Part shown: one piece after another, positions 62,686 through 64,000 of the stretch
Layout: every line of letters begins with the position of its first letter
How positions within the stretch are numbered: the stretch's first letter is position 1
The notes under the pieces: model-generated
Database searches by the model: none
Seen by the model: the letters and a program-made list of their open reading frames with translations, nothing else
What the model was told of the DNA's origin: nothing
Position numbers and translations under genes: made by a program
NCBI RefSeq assembly: GCF_021028975.2
Contig: NC_059430.1
Location: 101,370,001-101,434,000 of the forward strand
Source of the DNA: Sphaerodactylus townsendi
Lineage: Eukaryota
Reading direction: 5' to 3'
Length of the DNA stretch: 64,000 nucleotides

Positions 62686-64000
62686 AGCAGCTGGCTCAAA
62701 CCTGGCAGGCTGCTGCACAACAGGAAGCAGCAGGCAAGTCTGTGGAGCCGCTCAGCTCAGCATGCTCCAGGGCTATTTGAGCAAGCCAGGCTGTCCCCCG
62801 TTATCAACAGAGAGGCTATTGAAGTTGGGGAGATTTTGATATTTTTTTATGGAAGACGCTTCCTGCTTACTTCAACCTATGCAGGGCATCATGAGACCCT
62901 TTTTGTGCCCTTCTGCTATTTATAGAGAAGACTGTCTCTACTGGCTTCTCTCTCTTCCTTTCTCATCTCTCCCTCCTTCCTCAGAAGGGATTTCCAGAGG
63001 AAATACGCTTGGCTGCTAAAATAGCCAGTGAATTCCCATCATCTGTTTGCAATCAGGATTTGTCAGCTTCACAAATGTCAGTGGGTCTGAATGTTTCCAG
63101 GCTTCCCTATCCTGGGAAGGGTTTTTCAATCCCCACTCGCTGCAATTGTTTTGTCTGCAATCGCATCCTCCCTCCTGGGGCTCTGGGGGATGGAGATGGG
63201 TTCTTGTGCAGTGGGTAGGTAGAGGCTGGAGATCGCCTGCTATTACAACTAATCTCCAGGTGACAGAGATCAGTTCACCTCGAGAAAATGGCTGCTTTGA
63301 AAGGTGGTTTCTAAGGCATTATATCCCATTGAAGTCCCTCCACTCCCAAAACCCCACCCTGCTAAGGCTCCATCCCCAAAATCTCCAGGTATTTCCCAAC
63401 CTGGAGCCGGCAAGCCGACCAGCGGGGTAAATGCTGCATCCCAGCTAGCCTGCATCATGGCATAATTTGTGGTAGGGGCCCTATTGCTGTCTGGTCTGAG
63501 AATCCTGCTTCTCAACACATGTGGGGGGGGGGGAGCACCATCTGCGCCCTCATCTTTGTGCAACCAGACCACAAACCCAGTTTCTGAATGGAAAAAACAG
63601 CATCTCATTTATGCTTAAAGCTCTGAGTGGCAAATCTCTCTCCGTATGGAACCTTTCTGGGGTAGCCGCCAAAGACTGCAGCAGGCAGACCCAGGTGGAG
63701 TTCCAGGCACAGCCTATGCCCAGGGGTCTCTCAGCTGCCTCTTCCACCTGCCACCCTTGGCAATAGTTTTTCATATCCTCTTCCCTGCTTTTGCTCCTGA
63801 GCCAAAGCTCACAAACGAACTAATGGATATTTTTGAAACATTCTAAGAAAAAATATATTCACCAGCATAATCAAAACATAGGTACTAGTTACACATACTT
63901 TTCCTTTGCTTGTTAGGGTATACATAGTTCTAAAATAAAAACAGTTATTTCTTTAAAAGGGGGTGGGAGAATGAATGGCTTCATAAAGGAGACATTTATG

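Overview
Vertebrate genomic DNA from a squamate reptile, probably a gecko, judging by the SINE and MITE families. Four spliced host genes were reconstructed by hand from GT-AG boundaries and protein recognition: the 5' part of KPNA6 (minus; exons 1-3, continuing off the left edge), FAM229A (minus; 73 aa), TSSK3 (plus; 268 aa, head-to-head with FAM229A) and BSDC1 (minus; 11 coding exons, 443 aa). The most striking object is a full-length, apparently young DIRS1-type tyrosine-recombinase retrotransposon (4892-10480) in KPNA6 intron 1. It has 103-bp identical inverted terminal repeats, an internal complementary region that spells out the circle junction, and gag, RT/RNase H/DAM-like and recombinase frames. 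The recombinase frame appears to stay open across all of pol, directly after the gag stop. An older DIRS remnant lies at 1-1690. The rest is dense in CORE/Squam3-like SINEs, 5S rRNA-headed SINEs, palindromic hAT MITEs with 8-bp target-site duplications, and CR1, L2, L1 and Rex1-like LINE fragments. Repeat family names come from recall, not from database searches. I see no clearly new biological system; the best leads are within the DIRS element.
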